64,000 nucleotides of DNA from Candidatus Micrarchaeia archaeon. Its GTDB lineage: Archaea > Micrarchaeota > Micrarchaeia > Micrarchaeales > CABMGC01. Under the pieces are notes generated by a model. The model saw only the letters and a program-made list of their open reading frames with translations. It had not been told where the DNA came from and searched no databases. The number at the start of each line of letters is the position of its first letter. The stretch's first letter is position 1. Where the stretch lies: NCBI GenBank assembly GCA_049976305.1, contig JBMFIM010000001.1:1-64000 (forward strand). The letters run 5' to 3'. Position numbers and translations under genes: made by a program. This document shows positions 9,047-18,400 of the stretch, one piece after another.

Positions 9047-9714
9047 GCTTTCTCACCACTCTGAACCTTGCCTTCGGCCTTTTCTGCCATGCCTCTTGCT
9101 TCTTTCTTTTCTTCTTTCTGCCTATTCTGCTTTTCTGCGCCTTTGTCTTCTGCCTTCTTTTCCTTTCCCTCCTCAGCCTTGCCTTTTTGCTCCTTGACGG
9201 CGATTGCCTTTTGACTCGGGCTTTGCTTGCTTTCCTCAGGCATTGCTATGGCAAGCTCTATCTTCGCATATTCTATGTCGCTGTGCACCCTAGCAGCAAA
9301 GCCGTACATGCCTCTTCCCCAAGACAGACTTCCTTTAGGTGGCAATCTTCTTTCTATCCTTGTCTTGTTTGCAGAAGCATAAAGCACAATTGCACCATCA
9401 GGGTCTATTGCCTTTAGCTCAGCATTTGCGATCGCATTCTGCAATACTTTCTTAACTTCCTTAGCAGCAACAACAGGATAGCCACCCTTCCTTCCATGGA
9501 GCTCGTGCCTTGCGCCCATGTGCTTGTTGAAGCGCCTGAAAGGAATGGGCTTCTTTTTGCTTATCACGCCATCGAGTATTGCCATTGCCTCATTTACCTT
9601 CTTGTGCCTTATTGCATCACACACTATGCAAAGGTCCTTGTAACTGGCGTTGACATCGTATGCCTGGGCAACGGCCATTGTGTTATCAACAGGGAAAGAG
9701 TACTTGTGCATCAT
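9043..9714 (-). CDS. rpl22: 50S ribosomal protein L22 with K/E-rich C-terminal tail
   Basis: PIPFRRFNK, GGYPVVAAK, NAIANAE. Confidence 0.95.
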   Translation of the reverse strand: MMHKYSFPVDNTMAVAQAYDVNASYKDLCIVCDAIRHKKVNEAMAILDGVISKKKPIPFRRFNKHMGARHELHGRKGGYPVVAAKEVKKVLQNAIANAELKAIDPDGAIVLYASANKTRIERRLPPKGSLSWGRGMYGFAARVHSDIEYAKIELAIAMPEESKQSPSQKAIAVKEQKGKAEEGKEKKAEDKGAEKQNRQKEEKKEARGMAEKAEGKVQSGEKA

Positions 9715-10097
9715 TTCACCGCTAAGAACTTGCTTCCACGCGTAGCCCTGATACCAGGCGCAGAGTGCTGCACCCTCTTGGTAGTATATGCAAACTCTCC
9801 AAGCCTGTGACCTATCATCTCCGGCGTTATTGTTATTTCTTTAAACTCCTTGCCATCATGCACGCCAAATGTCAATCCTACCCATGATGGCAGTATCACT
9901 GCTTCGCGCACATGGGTCCTTATCTTCTTGCCGAGCTTCCTTGCCTTTTCTATTTTCTTTAGCAAAAGCCTGTAATCTATTCCTTGCCTGAGCACAGCCC
10001 TCCTTTCCCTGGAGTTTAGAAGCTTAGCAAAGTCTGCAATGCTCATTGCCTGCAATTCTTCAAGCGTCTTGCCTCTATATGTGAATTGCTTCGCCAT
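9711..10097 (-). CDS. rps19: 30S ribosomal protein S19
   Basis: FTYRGKTLEEL, EMIGHRLGEF. Confidence 0.96.
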   Translation of the reverse strand: MAKQFTYRGKTLEELQAMSIADFAKLLNSRERRAVLRQGIDYRLLLKKIEKARKLGKKIRTHVREAVILPSWVGLTFGVHDGKEFKEITITPEMIGHRLGEFAYTTKRVQHSAPGIRATRGSKFLAVK

Positions 10098-10098
10098 T

Positions 10099-10818
10099 TC
10101 AACCACGCTTCTTTCTGCCTACGCGCCTTGCGGCTATGTGGCCTACCTTGGCTCCAGGAGGTGCATTGCGAGAAACCATTGAGGAATAGCCCTTGTGGTG
10201 CTGCTTGCCACCGAATGGATGGTCCACGGGGTTCATCTTGACTCCTCTGTTGACAGGCCACTTTGCGTTTACAGCGTGCATTATGTAGTAGTTCTTTCCT
10301 GCCTTCATTATAGGCTCTGTCACTGCGCCGCCTCCTGCAGCTACCCCTATCTCTGCCCTGCAATCGGCGCTGAGCTCTATGGTCTTTTTTGAAGGAAGCA
10401 TAAGCGTTACAGTATCGCCAGAATGCGAAATTATGGTGGCATAGGCGCCGCAAGACCTTGCAAGCTTGCCGCCGTCACCAGGCCTGAGCTCCACATTGCA
10501 CACATAAATCCCGTCTGCAATGTTCCTAAGCGGTAGCACGTTGCCGATCTCTATGCTTGCCTGCTCCCCAGCTTCTACCTTGCTGCCGAGCATTATGCCC
10601 TCGGGCGCTATGAGAATGCTTGAATAGCCTGTATCGTAAACAACGCGCATTAGCGGAGCCGTGTGCAGAGGATTGTCGATGAACTCGGTAACCTCGCCTC
10701 TAAGGGTCGTTGACTTGTCGAGTATGGGCAGGGCTGCATCTACCTTTCCGCTCTTAGGCGGCTTCGTGTAGGCATTGCTTCCTTTTCCTCTCCTCTGCTG
10801 CCTTAGCCTCTTGCCCAT
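10099..10818 (-). CDS. rpl2: 50S ribosomal protein L2
   Basis: MGKRLRQQRRGKG, RGVKMNPVDHPFGG. Confidence 0.97.
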   Translation of the reverse strand: MGKRLRQQRRGKGSNAYTKPPKSGKVDAALPILDKSTTLRGEVTEFIDNPLHTAPLMRVVYDTGYSSILIAPEGIMLGSKVEAGEQASIEIGNVLPLRNIADGIYVCNVELRPGDGGKLARSCGAYATIISHSGDTVTLMLPSKKTIELSADCRAEIGVAAGGGAVTEPIMKAGKNYYIMHAVNAKWPVNRGVKMNPVDHPFGGKQHHKGYSSMVSRNAPPGAKVGHIAARRVGRKKRG

Positions 10819-10820
10819 TC

Positions 10821-11072
10821 TTACACCAACTTAAGCTTCAAAGCTATGTCGCTGGCCTTGTATTCCTTGCCGAGCTTTATGTACGCCTTCTTGACGTTTG
10901 TAGGCGAGATTGCAAGGTTTACTTTTTCAACCTTGACGTTGAATGCTTTTTCGAATTCGTCCTTGACCTGTTTGCTTGTTGCATCAAGCCTTACGACATA
11001 GGTTATAACATTATTTTTCTCAATCATATTTATTGCCTTTTCTGTAGCTACAGGGTAAAGAAGAAACTCCAT
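10821..11072 (-). CDS. rpl23: 50S ribosomal protein L23
   Basis: PVATEKA, KKAYIKL. Confidence 0.95.
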   Translation of the reverse strand: MEFLLYPVATEKAINMIEKNNVITYVVRLDATSKQVKDEFEKAFNVKVEKVNLAISPTNVKKAYIKLGKEYKASDIALKLKLV

Positions 11073-11074
11073 AG

Positions 11075-11854
11075 TTACACCTTCACGCTCTCTATCGCAC
11101 CCTTTGTCCAGACCACAAGCCTCGGCATGCCGCCGGGCGCAAGCAATCCTATGCTGAGCTTGTCTACGCTTGCTACATCAACGCCAGGTATGTTCCTTCC
11201 TGCCTTCTCAAGCTTGCTAGCATCTTTAGCCACAAGCAACACGCTGTAGCGGAAGTGCCTTCTTCTAGCCGAGCGCCTAAGCCCTTTCCTAAGCCTGGGC
11301 TCGTGCGATTTCTCGATGTCTTCCTTCAAGCCGAGCCTAAGCAACAAGTTAAGCACGTCTTTTGTCTTGCTAAGCTTCTCCACGTCATCGCTTACGACAA
11401 TAGGAAGCTTGTTTTTGAATATGTGCCTCTTTGCAACCTCTTCCGCATTGGCTGTAGCAGCGATTGCCATAGCAATGGCTTTGTTGTACTCCTTCTTGTT
11501 TATCCTCTCCACAATCCTTTTCTCAACTTTTGAAGGATGGGCACGCCTTCCCTTTCTTGCCGAAGGTATTCTTCTTACCTCTCCCATTGCCCCTTTTGCA
11601 AGCTTCTGCCTAGGCCTTATTGCTACTCCCATGTGCCTAAGAGTCCTGTAGGTGTTGTATCTGCCTACGTAAGTGGCGGAAGTTCGCAACCCAGCAAGCG
11701 GATCCCTGCCTTGTGGCTGATAATTCCGGCTCTGCTCAGAAAGCAGAGCACGAAGCACCAGATCTGTGCTGTACTGCGGCCCAGAAGAAAAAATAGCAGG
11801 CAGGCTAACCTTGCCTACTACGTTGCCTTGAACATCATAAACATCGGCTTCCAT
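11075..11854 (-). CDS. rpl4: 50S ribosomal protein L4
   Basis: GRRAHP, RNIPGVDV, LAPGG. Confidence 0.95.
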   Translation of the reverse strand: MEADVYDVQGNVVGKVSLPAIFSSGPQYSTDLVLRALLSEQSRNYQPQGRDPLAGLRTSATYVGRYNTYRTLRHMGVAIRPRQKLAKGAMGEVRRIPSARKGRRAHPSKVEKRIVERINKKEYNKAIAMAIAATANAEEVAKRHIFKNKLPIVVSDDVEKLSKTKDVLNLLLRLGLKEDIEKSHEPRLRKGLRRSARRRHFRYSVLLVAKDASKLEKAGRNIPGVDVASVDKLSIGLLAPGGMPRLVVWTKGAIESVKV

Positions 11855-11855
11855 T

Positions 11856-12815
11856 TTATGCGCCTATCTTCGAATTTGTAGATACATAAGTAATCTTTGG
11901 CTCACTTACTGGCTTTGTAGGCCTTAGAGCCTTTCTTATCCTGAGCAGCATTCCCGGCGCGCCTGGCACAGATCCGTATACAAGCATAAAGTCATGCCTT
12001 ACTTCGCCATAGTGCGGGAAGCCGCCAGCCACGTTTATGTCCTTAGCTTCGTTAGCACTTCCTATTTTCATTATTCTCTTGTTTAGTTCAGTCCTGTAAT
12101 TGTGGCCCATGTGTCCTGCCATTGGAACAGAGTAGAGAACCTTCGGCGGATGCCATGGGCCCAATGTGCCGACGTGCCTTACCTTTCCAGTAGCCTTATG
12201 GAACTGTCTGGCAACGCCAAAGCGCCTTATAGGGCCTTGCCAGCCTTTGCCTTTTGTTATGCCAGTAACATCTACATACTCTCCAGGCTTGAACACGTCT
12301 GCGAGCTTGACCTCCTTGCCAAGAAGCTTCTTTGCAACCTCTAACTTTTCTTCTTTCTTTCCGCCCAGTGGGATCTCAAACCTAAGCCTTTTCTTTATTC
12401 CAAAACCTACACCTTCAGGATTGACATAAGCAAGAAGCGTAAGATCTGAAAACTCTGCCTTTGACGCGTCGTCAAGGCTTGTATGCTTCGGGTTTTTGAT
12501 TCCCACGTTAGCTGCGGATTGCTTGTCAAATACTTCGAGAATGGGCTTTTCGTATGAGTATTCGTCAGTAGAATAGAACCTCACGCCATATACAATAATA
12601 TTTGGAACTTCTATCACAGTAACAGGAGCCATTACCTCCGTTCCCTTAGACGGGCTTTCAGTAGTATCCACATGCATAGTGTGCGTCATTCCTGCCTTGA
12701 AACCCACTATGCCTAAAGGCACCGCTGCAGTAGATGCAGGCCAATGTCTAACTCTAGGCATGAGCTTCTTTGCTCGTCTATGTGGCCAAAATTCTAGAGA
12801 ACCTCTTCTCATCAA
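11856..12815 (-). CDS. rpl3: 50S ribosomal protein L3
   Basis: RRGSL, GFKAGMTH, TKGKGWQG, GTLGPWHP. Confidence 0.97.
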   Translation of the reverse strand: MMRRGSLEFWPHRRAKKLMPRVRHWPASTAAVPLGIVGFKAGMTHTMHVDTTESPSKGTEVMAPVTVIEVPNIIVYGVRFYSTDEYSYEKPILEVFDKQSAANVGIKNPKHTSLDDASKAEFSDLTLLAYVNPEGVGFGIKKRLRFEIPLGGKKEEKLEVAKKLLGKEVKLADVFKPGEYVDVTGITKGKGWQGPIRRFGVARQFHKATGKVRHVGTLGPWHPPKVLYSVPMAGHMGHNYRTELNKRIMKIGSANEAKDINVAGGFPHYGEVRHDFMLVYGSVPGAPGMLLRIRKALRPTKPVSEPKITYVSTNSKIGA

Positions 12816-12920
12816 TAACGCCTCATAAAAAAGGAAGCGTCGTAGTAGTTTATTATTTTTATCATTTATAAATCTTTTCTATTTACTGCTTTTAGCACGC
12901 TCTCCTCTAAGCAAGCCAAA

Positions 12921-13709
12921 ATGAATCTTTTTGGGCAGCATATTAGTAGCATACCCGACTATCTCGCGTACCAGCTCGGAGTAAAATTCAACAACAAAAA
13001 TAGTTCGCACAAGAAAAGAATATTAATCCCGCAGACAATATATTATGGTGGCTTTACGGGGGAGCCATTCAACGGAGTCTGCGAAAAATGTGGATTTAAA
13101 AGAGTTTGTGTAGGGGCAGGCCGCCTTTCACAGATTGGTGCAAGAAGAGGAAATCACGTAGCAAACTACATACACCCAATATTAGGTATTATAGACCATG
13201 AAAGATTGGCTAACATGCGCAATCTGAAAACTTCCCCACAAGAAATAATTGAGAGTATACGCTCTGGCAAAGATATCATATTTTCAGCATTCATATGCAG
13301 CCCAACATATAGGCTAAGAGGCACACCTGACGCTGTAGTAGTAAAACACAAAAATGGCAGAATGGAAATGACGGTAATCGAGGATAAATCAAAAGATCAT
13401 AGCGAAGACCTTAAGCAAGCAATAGCGTATGCAATAATATTAACAGACAAGAATGCTCAAATAATCTTGAACCATGAGGTTGTGCGCCTCTACGATGGAA
13501 AGCCAAGCAGTTCTGTTAGTGTATTTCTGAATTTTTACAATCTTGGTTCTAAAGATTTAAAAGAGCTAAAAAGACAGGTCTACCACATAGTGTCGCAAGA
13601 AGGAAAATTCAACAGCGAAATAAAGGAATTAATCGAAGCCACGCTGAGAAAAGCAGATACCATTTCTAAAAACAAGGATCCCCGTTTGGAACAAGTCCGC
13701 TACTATTAG
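12921..13709 (+). CDS. PD-(D/E)xK nuclease, Cas4/RecB-like, stand-alone
   Basis: GIIDH, LRGTPD, VIEDKS, QAIAYA motifs; CxxCx5C cluster. Confidence 0.65.
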   Translation: MNLFGQHISSIPDYLAYQLGVKFNNKNSSHKKRILIPQTIYYGGFTGEPFNGVCEKCGFKRVCVGAGRLSQIGARRGNHVANYIHPILGIIDHERLANMRNLKTSPQEIIESIRSGKDIIFSAFICSPTYRLRGTPDAVVVKHKNGRMEMTVIEDKSKDHSEDLKQAIAYAIILTDKNAQIILNHEVVRLYDGKPSSSVSVFLNFYNLGSKDLKELKRQVYHIVSQEGKFNSEIKELIEATLRKADTISKNKDPRLEQVRYY

Positions 13710-13721
13710 CAAGTAGTGAGG

Positions 13722-14378
13722 CTACTGGGCCTTTTTTACTGCTTCGTCAATGTATTCCAAAAACATTTCCTCAGGTACTGCGCCTTCGAACTCCACAGCG
13801 TCGTTTATTACAATCTTTGGAACAGCCATGACGCCGTATTTGTCAGCGAGCTCGGGAAACTCCATCGCTTCTATCATCTGAGCTTTTATGTTGCTATTTT
13901 CTATTGCGAACTGGTGTGCCATATGCACCGCTATCGGGCAGTATGGGCATGTAGGGGTAACAAATACCATTATGTTGAGTTTTTTGTTTATCCCTTTTAT
14001 CTTTTCCTTTGTTGAATTTTTCAAAGTAGTTTCGGAGTTTGAAGCGACCAATATGTCGTTAACAAGTGCCGCAAACTCATGCCCGTAAGGCATGCCGAAG
14101 TAATAGGCCGGGTATATTTTCTTGCCCCCTATTATAAGCGCAGGCACCTTGTCAACCTCTAAAAACTTCGCCTCTCTCTCATTCTTTTTGATGTCATAAA
14201 CAGTGAGCTTTATCTTGTCGCTAAGTGCAACAACCTCTTTCAGGAGCTCTAGCGTCTTGTCGCACAACTGGCATTCGCCTGAATCGCTGGTAAACAGGAT
14301 CAAATTTACCTCTCCCTTCATCTTCTTGCTGAACAGATCTCGCAAGTATGCTGCATCCTTCTCGCCAATAATTGCCAA
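13722..14378 (-). CDS. protein disulfide oxidoreductase (archaeal glutaredoxin-like, two thioredoxin folds)
   Basis: CQLC and CPYC active sites; likely TTG start 14378. Confidence 0.92.
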   Translation of the reverse strand: MAIIGEKDAAYLRDLFSKKMKGEVNLILFTSDSGECQLCDKTLELLKEVVALSDKIKLTVYDIKKNEREAKFLEVDKVPALIIGGKKIYPAYYFGMPYGHEFAALVNDILVASNSETTLKNSTKEKIKGINKKLNIMVFVTPTCPYCPIAVHMAHQFAIENSNIKAQMIEAMEFPELADKYGVMAVPKIVINDAVEFEGAVPEEMFLEYIDEAVKKAQ

Positions 14379-14490
14379 AAAAACCACCTAACTCAGAAAT
14401 CGCCTAGCAACATGCTAAGCATTTTAATTTTATGGTTAAATTAATATATAAGCTTTTGCTTAAGCTTAACCATTCTAGAGGTGCTTTGAA

Positions 14491-14817
14491 TTGCCACAAC
14501 CTAAAAATAGGTCAAGGAGTGTAAGGAGGCTCGACAGGGTAACGCCAAAAGGAAGGCATGTAATACACTACGAGAGGAAAGCGCATGCATTACCAAGATG
14601 CGCGATTTGCGGCGCTGAAATAAACGGGATAAGCGTAACAAGCAAGCTGAGAGGAAAAAGCAGAAAAAGCGTAGAGAGGCTATTTGGCGGAGTACTTTGC
14701 AGCAGGTGCACAGCAAGGGTAGTTACGCTAGCAAGCAGGATAGAGCATGGTGAGATGAAGCTAAACGACATAGGGCTGAAGGAAAGAAACTATGTGCTGC
14801 AAATGATGGCACACTAG
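14491..14817 (+). CDS. rpl34e: 50S ribosomal protein L34e
   Basis: TPKGR, CAICG, RLFGGVLCSRC. Confidence 0.93.
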   Translation: MPQPKNRSRSVRRLDRVTPKGRHVIHYERKAHALPRCAICGAEINGISVTSKLRGKSRKSVERLFGGVLCSRCTARVVTLASRIEHGEMKLNDIGLKERNYVLQMMAH

Positions 14818-14825
14818 GTTTTTGA

Positions 14826-15386
14826 ATGGAGCCCGTGCTTATCTCCGGTTTGCCAGCTAGCGGCAAAACAACACTTGCTGAGAAGCTAGCAAAAAAGCTA
14901 GGCTTGAAAACTGCTAGCGGCTCGCAAATACTCATCGAGCTAGCAAAAGAGCACGGCTACAAGCCAGCAACAGCGAACTGGTGGGATACGCCAGACGGCA
15001 TGAAGTTCCTGCACGAAAGGGCGTCTAACCCTGAATACGACATGGAGGTCGACAAACGGCTTATAGAAATAGCATCAAAGGGCGATGTTGTGATAACAAG
15101 CTACACGCTACCTTGGCTTACCGACTTTGGCATCAAGATATGGCTTGAAGCAAGCCCTGAGGAAAGAGCTAAGAGGCTTGCACAAAGAGATGGCTTAAGC
15201 TTGGAAGAGGCTAAGGAGATAATAAAGCAAAGGGATATTGAGAACAAGGATCTTTATGAAAAGCTTTATGGCATACACCTCGGTTCTGACTTTTCCCCTT
15301 TCCACATTGTGCTTGATGTTAACAGGCTTTCTGCTGACGAAGTTGCAAAAAATGTGATAGAAAAAATTAGGAAGGTGGAAAAATGA
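14826..15386 (+). CDS. cmk: cytidylate kinase
   Basis: P-loop SGLPASGKTT; between L34e and L14e. Confidence 0.9.
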   Translation: MEPVLISGLPASGKTTLAEKLAKKLGLKTASGSQILIELAKEHGYKPATANWWDTPDGMKFLHERASNPEYDMEVDKRLIEIASKGDVVITSYTLPWLTDFGIKIWLEASPEERAKRLAQRDGLSLEEAKEIIKQRDIENKDLYEKLYGIHLGSDFSPFHIVLDVNRLSADEVAKNVIEKIRKVEK

Positions 15387-15622
15387 GATTAATCGAAGAA
15401 GGAAGGGTATGCATAAAGAAGTATGGAAGAGACGCGGGCAAGAAGGCGGTGATTGTAAAGGTGATAGATGATAATTTCGTAAGCATAGTAACAGAACTTA
15501 GACCAAAGCCCAGGAAGTGCAACATCAACCATCTTGAGGTACTGGCAGAGAAGGTCAACGCGGCCGACAAGAACGAGATTGCTAAAGTGTTAGAAATACC
15601 TGCTGAGAAGCTAAAGCTTTGA
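15383..15622 (+). CDS. rpl14e: 50S ribosomal protein L14e
   Basis: GRVCIKKYGRDAGKKAVIV. Confidence 0.94.
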   Translation: MRLIEEGRVCIKKYGRDAGKKAVIVKVIDDNFVSIVTELRPKPRKCNINHLEVLAEKVNAADKNEIAKVLEIPAEKLKL

Positions 15623-18370
15623 GCCTTCTTGCCAATATTTCTTTGTGCGTATGAAATTCTTCTGCGCAATCAGCAAATCCACAAACAGTTCGTTGTATGT
15701 TTTTCTCGACATCCTGAGAATTCTTGAAGCTGTAGAAAAGCCTATGCCATAAGTAGACAGGGCGATGAGCGCCCTGTTAGAGTAGGAGCTTACAAGCCCT
15801 GCCTCTTTTACCATGCTTTCGTATTCCTCATCTTCTTTTTCGCTAAGCTCCTTGCCCTTTTTCCTCTTTTCCATTATGCCTGCCCTGGAATCGGAGTAGA
15901 AGCAGAGCATCGGACTTCCGCATTTAGGGCACTTGATCTCTTCATCCTTATCCTTTATCTCATGGTAAAAGGCGAAGCCGCAATAGGTGCAAAGAAGCTC
16001 CACCCGCTTGCCCACTATTCCTTTTCTAAGCTCCTCTATTTCACCCTCGCTGTGCGGTTCTATCAAAAGCTCAGCGTATGCAAACGCGCTGCTTATTACT
16101 TCTTTGGCGAAAGGAGAAAGGCCTTCTACGACCTCTACTTCTATCTCTTTTTTCTTTATTCTCTCTAGGATCTCCTTTGCAGCATTCAAATCAAAATAAT
16201 TGGCAAGAACGTCTCTTTTGGCCTCTTCGAAAAGAGGGGTTCCTTTATAGAAGTTTACAAGTCGTGTAGTATCGCGCCTTGTTAGCACTGCATTTTTCTC
16301 GACAACTCCTGAAAGCTTAGCCACTTGCACTAGCCTGTACCTAAAAACATCCGAGTTGATAAGATAAGCATCTCCGTCTAGGAGGTTTAGAAGGCTGCCG
16401 CTTGTCAAAAGCCTTGAAAGGTCCGGCCTTCTTATCGAATTGCCGAACCTTACTATAACTGCATAGGGCGTAGCTGCTGCCGATACCTCGTATCCCGCTG
16501 CAGATATTGCAAAGGAAATAAGCCTCGCTATGAGCTCATTAGCCTGCTTGCCTGCAGGAATCAGCACTACAGAGGCCTCGTCAGCATTTTCAACAACAAC
16601 CTTTCTTAAAGAAGGCATCAAATATTTTGATTGCTCGCCCCTAAGCTTCTTAATCGCGTTGAGGGAATTGGTGTCAAGCCAGTCTGCCTGAATTTTGCCT
16701 GAATCAAGCATCTCAAAAACAGCCTCTGCAGTTTTTCGAGTAACAGGCAAGTCTTCGCCTTCCCAGTCAGGTATTGCCGCCTCTATTTGGCTACTTTGCT
16801 CTACTTTTATCGAATAGCCATCAATGCTTATTACCCTCCAGGGCATGCCCTTGGTTATGAAAACAACGCCCTCGTCTAGATAGTTTGCAACAAACTCTTC
16901 ATCGAGAAAACCGATGACTTTGTTGGTTACAGATTCTATCACTGCATATTTGGCATTTTCAGGTATTGTGCTTATGTTTGCATAGAAATAACTTCTTGTC
17001 CTAGAACCCTGGCCTAGTTTGCCATCAACTTCTTTGATGAGCCTCTGTTCTGATGCAAATTGCACAATTTTATAGAATTCCTCTCTTGCCATTTGTGCAA
17101 AAGGGAATGCTGACGTTATTATAGAATAGGCTTCGTCTTTGCTTATCTCTTTCCTTTCAAGCACCATGCCACACAGCTGGTTTATTACCACGTCTGCTGC
17201 ATTGGCTTGTACATGGTACTTTTCAAGCTCTCCCTTCTTTGCTTGTTCCAATATTGCAAGGGATTCTAGAGCCTCTAGGGCTGTGGAGACTATTATGCTT
17301 CCTCTAGCTGCACTTTTTTCCCTGTGCCCGCCTCTGCCAATTCTCTGCACAAGCCTTGTAGCCTGTTTTGGAGAACCGTATTGCACAACCACATCCACAG
17401 TGCCGATGTCAATGCCCAGTTCCAACGAGCTTGTTGCTATTATGCTCTTTATCTTGCAATTCTTGAATGCTTCCTCTACAGCGATCCTTTCACTTTTGTC
17501 CAGCGAGCTGTGGTGCACCCCTATACCTCCAAAGCCGTATTGTTTGTCGAAGGCAATAAGCTTGTTGCCTAAAGATTCTACAATCTGTCTCGTGTTTGCA
17601 AAAAGAAGGAGAGAGTTCGAATTTCTTATAAGCTCGGCAATGCGCTCTATCCTTGCCAGCGCGGAATCATTGAGGCCAAACTGCTTTCTAAAAGAGGCAT
17701 AAGCCTCTTTAGGCTTAAGTGGCATTTCTATTCTTATTTGCAATTCTTTTGCTTCTTCCGATCTTGCTATTTTGCAGGGTCTGTTGCCAAAAAGCCATGC
17801 CTTTGCCTCTTCCACATTTCCTATGGTTGCGCTTATCCCTATTCTCTGGAAGTTGCCGGCATAAACGGCGAGCCTCTCCAAGGCGATAGCAAGCTGCGCA
17901 CCTCTTTTGTTCGGGAAAAGTTCATGCGCCTCATCAACCACAACGGCCTCGACGTTCACAAGCGCTTTCCTAAGCCTCTCTGAAAGAAAAAGGTTTTGCA
18001 GGCTTTCTGGGGTGGTGATAAGCACCGCTGGCGGATTTGCTGCCTGCTGCTGTCTTTCTGACTGCGGTGTATCGCCATGCCTTACTGCTATGTTTACTCC
18101 TGCTTCGGATGCAAGCCACCTAAGTCTTTTAAGCAGGTCCCTATTGAGCGCACGCAAAGGAGTAATGTAGATTACCCGTATTCCTTTTCCTCTCTTCTCC
18201 TCTTCCCTTCCAAGCCTGGAAAACAAAGGCAGCATTGCTGCTTCAGTCTTGCCGCTACCTGTGGGGGCTATAATTAGGCAGTTTTCCTTGCTCTCTACAA
18301 TCGGCATTGCAAGGCGCTGAATAGAGGTAAAGGCGCCGTATTTTGCTAAAAACGAATCATACAAGCCCAT
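15611..18370 (-). CDS. lhr: Lhr-family DEAH helicase
   Basis: APTGSGKT, DEAH, SAT, LELGIDIG, QRIGRGGH, C-terminal Zn ribbon. Confidence 0.92.
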   Translation of the reverse strand: MGLYDSFLAKYGAFTSIQRLAMPIVESKENCLIIAPTGSGKTEAAMLPLFSRLGREEEKRGKGIRVIYITPLRALNRDLLKRLRWLASEAGVNIAVRHGDTPQSERQQQAANPPAVLITTPESLQNLFLSERLRKALVNVEAVVVDEAHELFPNKRGAQLAIALERLAVYAGNFQRIGISATIGNVEEAKAWLFGNRPCKIARSEEAKELQIRIEMPLKPKEAYASFRKQFGLNDSALARIERIAELIRNSNSLLLFANTRQIVESLGNKLIAFDKQYGFGGIGVHHSSLDKSERIAVEEAFKNCKIKSIIATSSLELGIDIGTVDVVVQYGSPKQATRLVQRIGRGGHREKSAARGSIIVSTALEALESLAILEQAKKGELEKYHVQANAADVVINQLCGMVLERKEISKDEAYSIITSAFPFAQMAREEFYKIVQFASEQRLIKEVDGKLGQGSRTRSYFYANISTIPENAKYAVIESVTNKVIGFLDEEFVANYLDEGVVFITKGMPWRVISIDGYSIKVEQSSQIEAAIPDWEGEDLPVTRKTAEAVFEMLDSGKIQADWLDTNSLNAIKKLRGEQSKYLMPSLRKVVVENADEASVVLIPAGKQANELIARLISFAISAAGYEVSAAATPYAVIVRFGNSIRRPDLSRLLTSGSLLNLLDGDAYLINSDVFRYRLVQVAKLSGVVEKNAVLTRRDTTRLVNFYKGTPLFEEAKRDVLANYFDLNAAKEILERIKKKEIEVEVVEGLSPFAKEVISSAFAYAELLIEPHSEGEIEELRKGIVGKRVELLCTYCGFAFYHEIKDKDEEIKCPKCGSPMLCFYSDSRAGIMEKRKKGKELSEKEDEEYESMVKEAGLVSSYSNRALIALSTYGIGFSTASRILRMSRKTYNELFVDLLIAQKNFIRTKKYWQEGSKL

Positions 18371-18400
18371 GCTTCTCCTCAAATGGCCTCAGCAGTCATA

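Noticed and set aside
12816..13721. CRISPR-Cas locus around the Cas4-like gene
   Set aside because: No repeat-spacer array or other cas genes seen anywhere in the window
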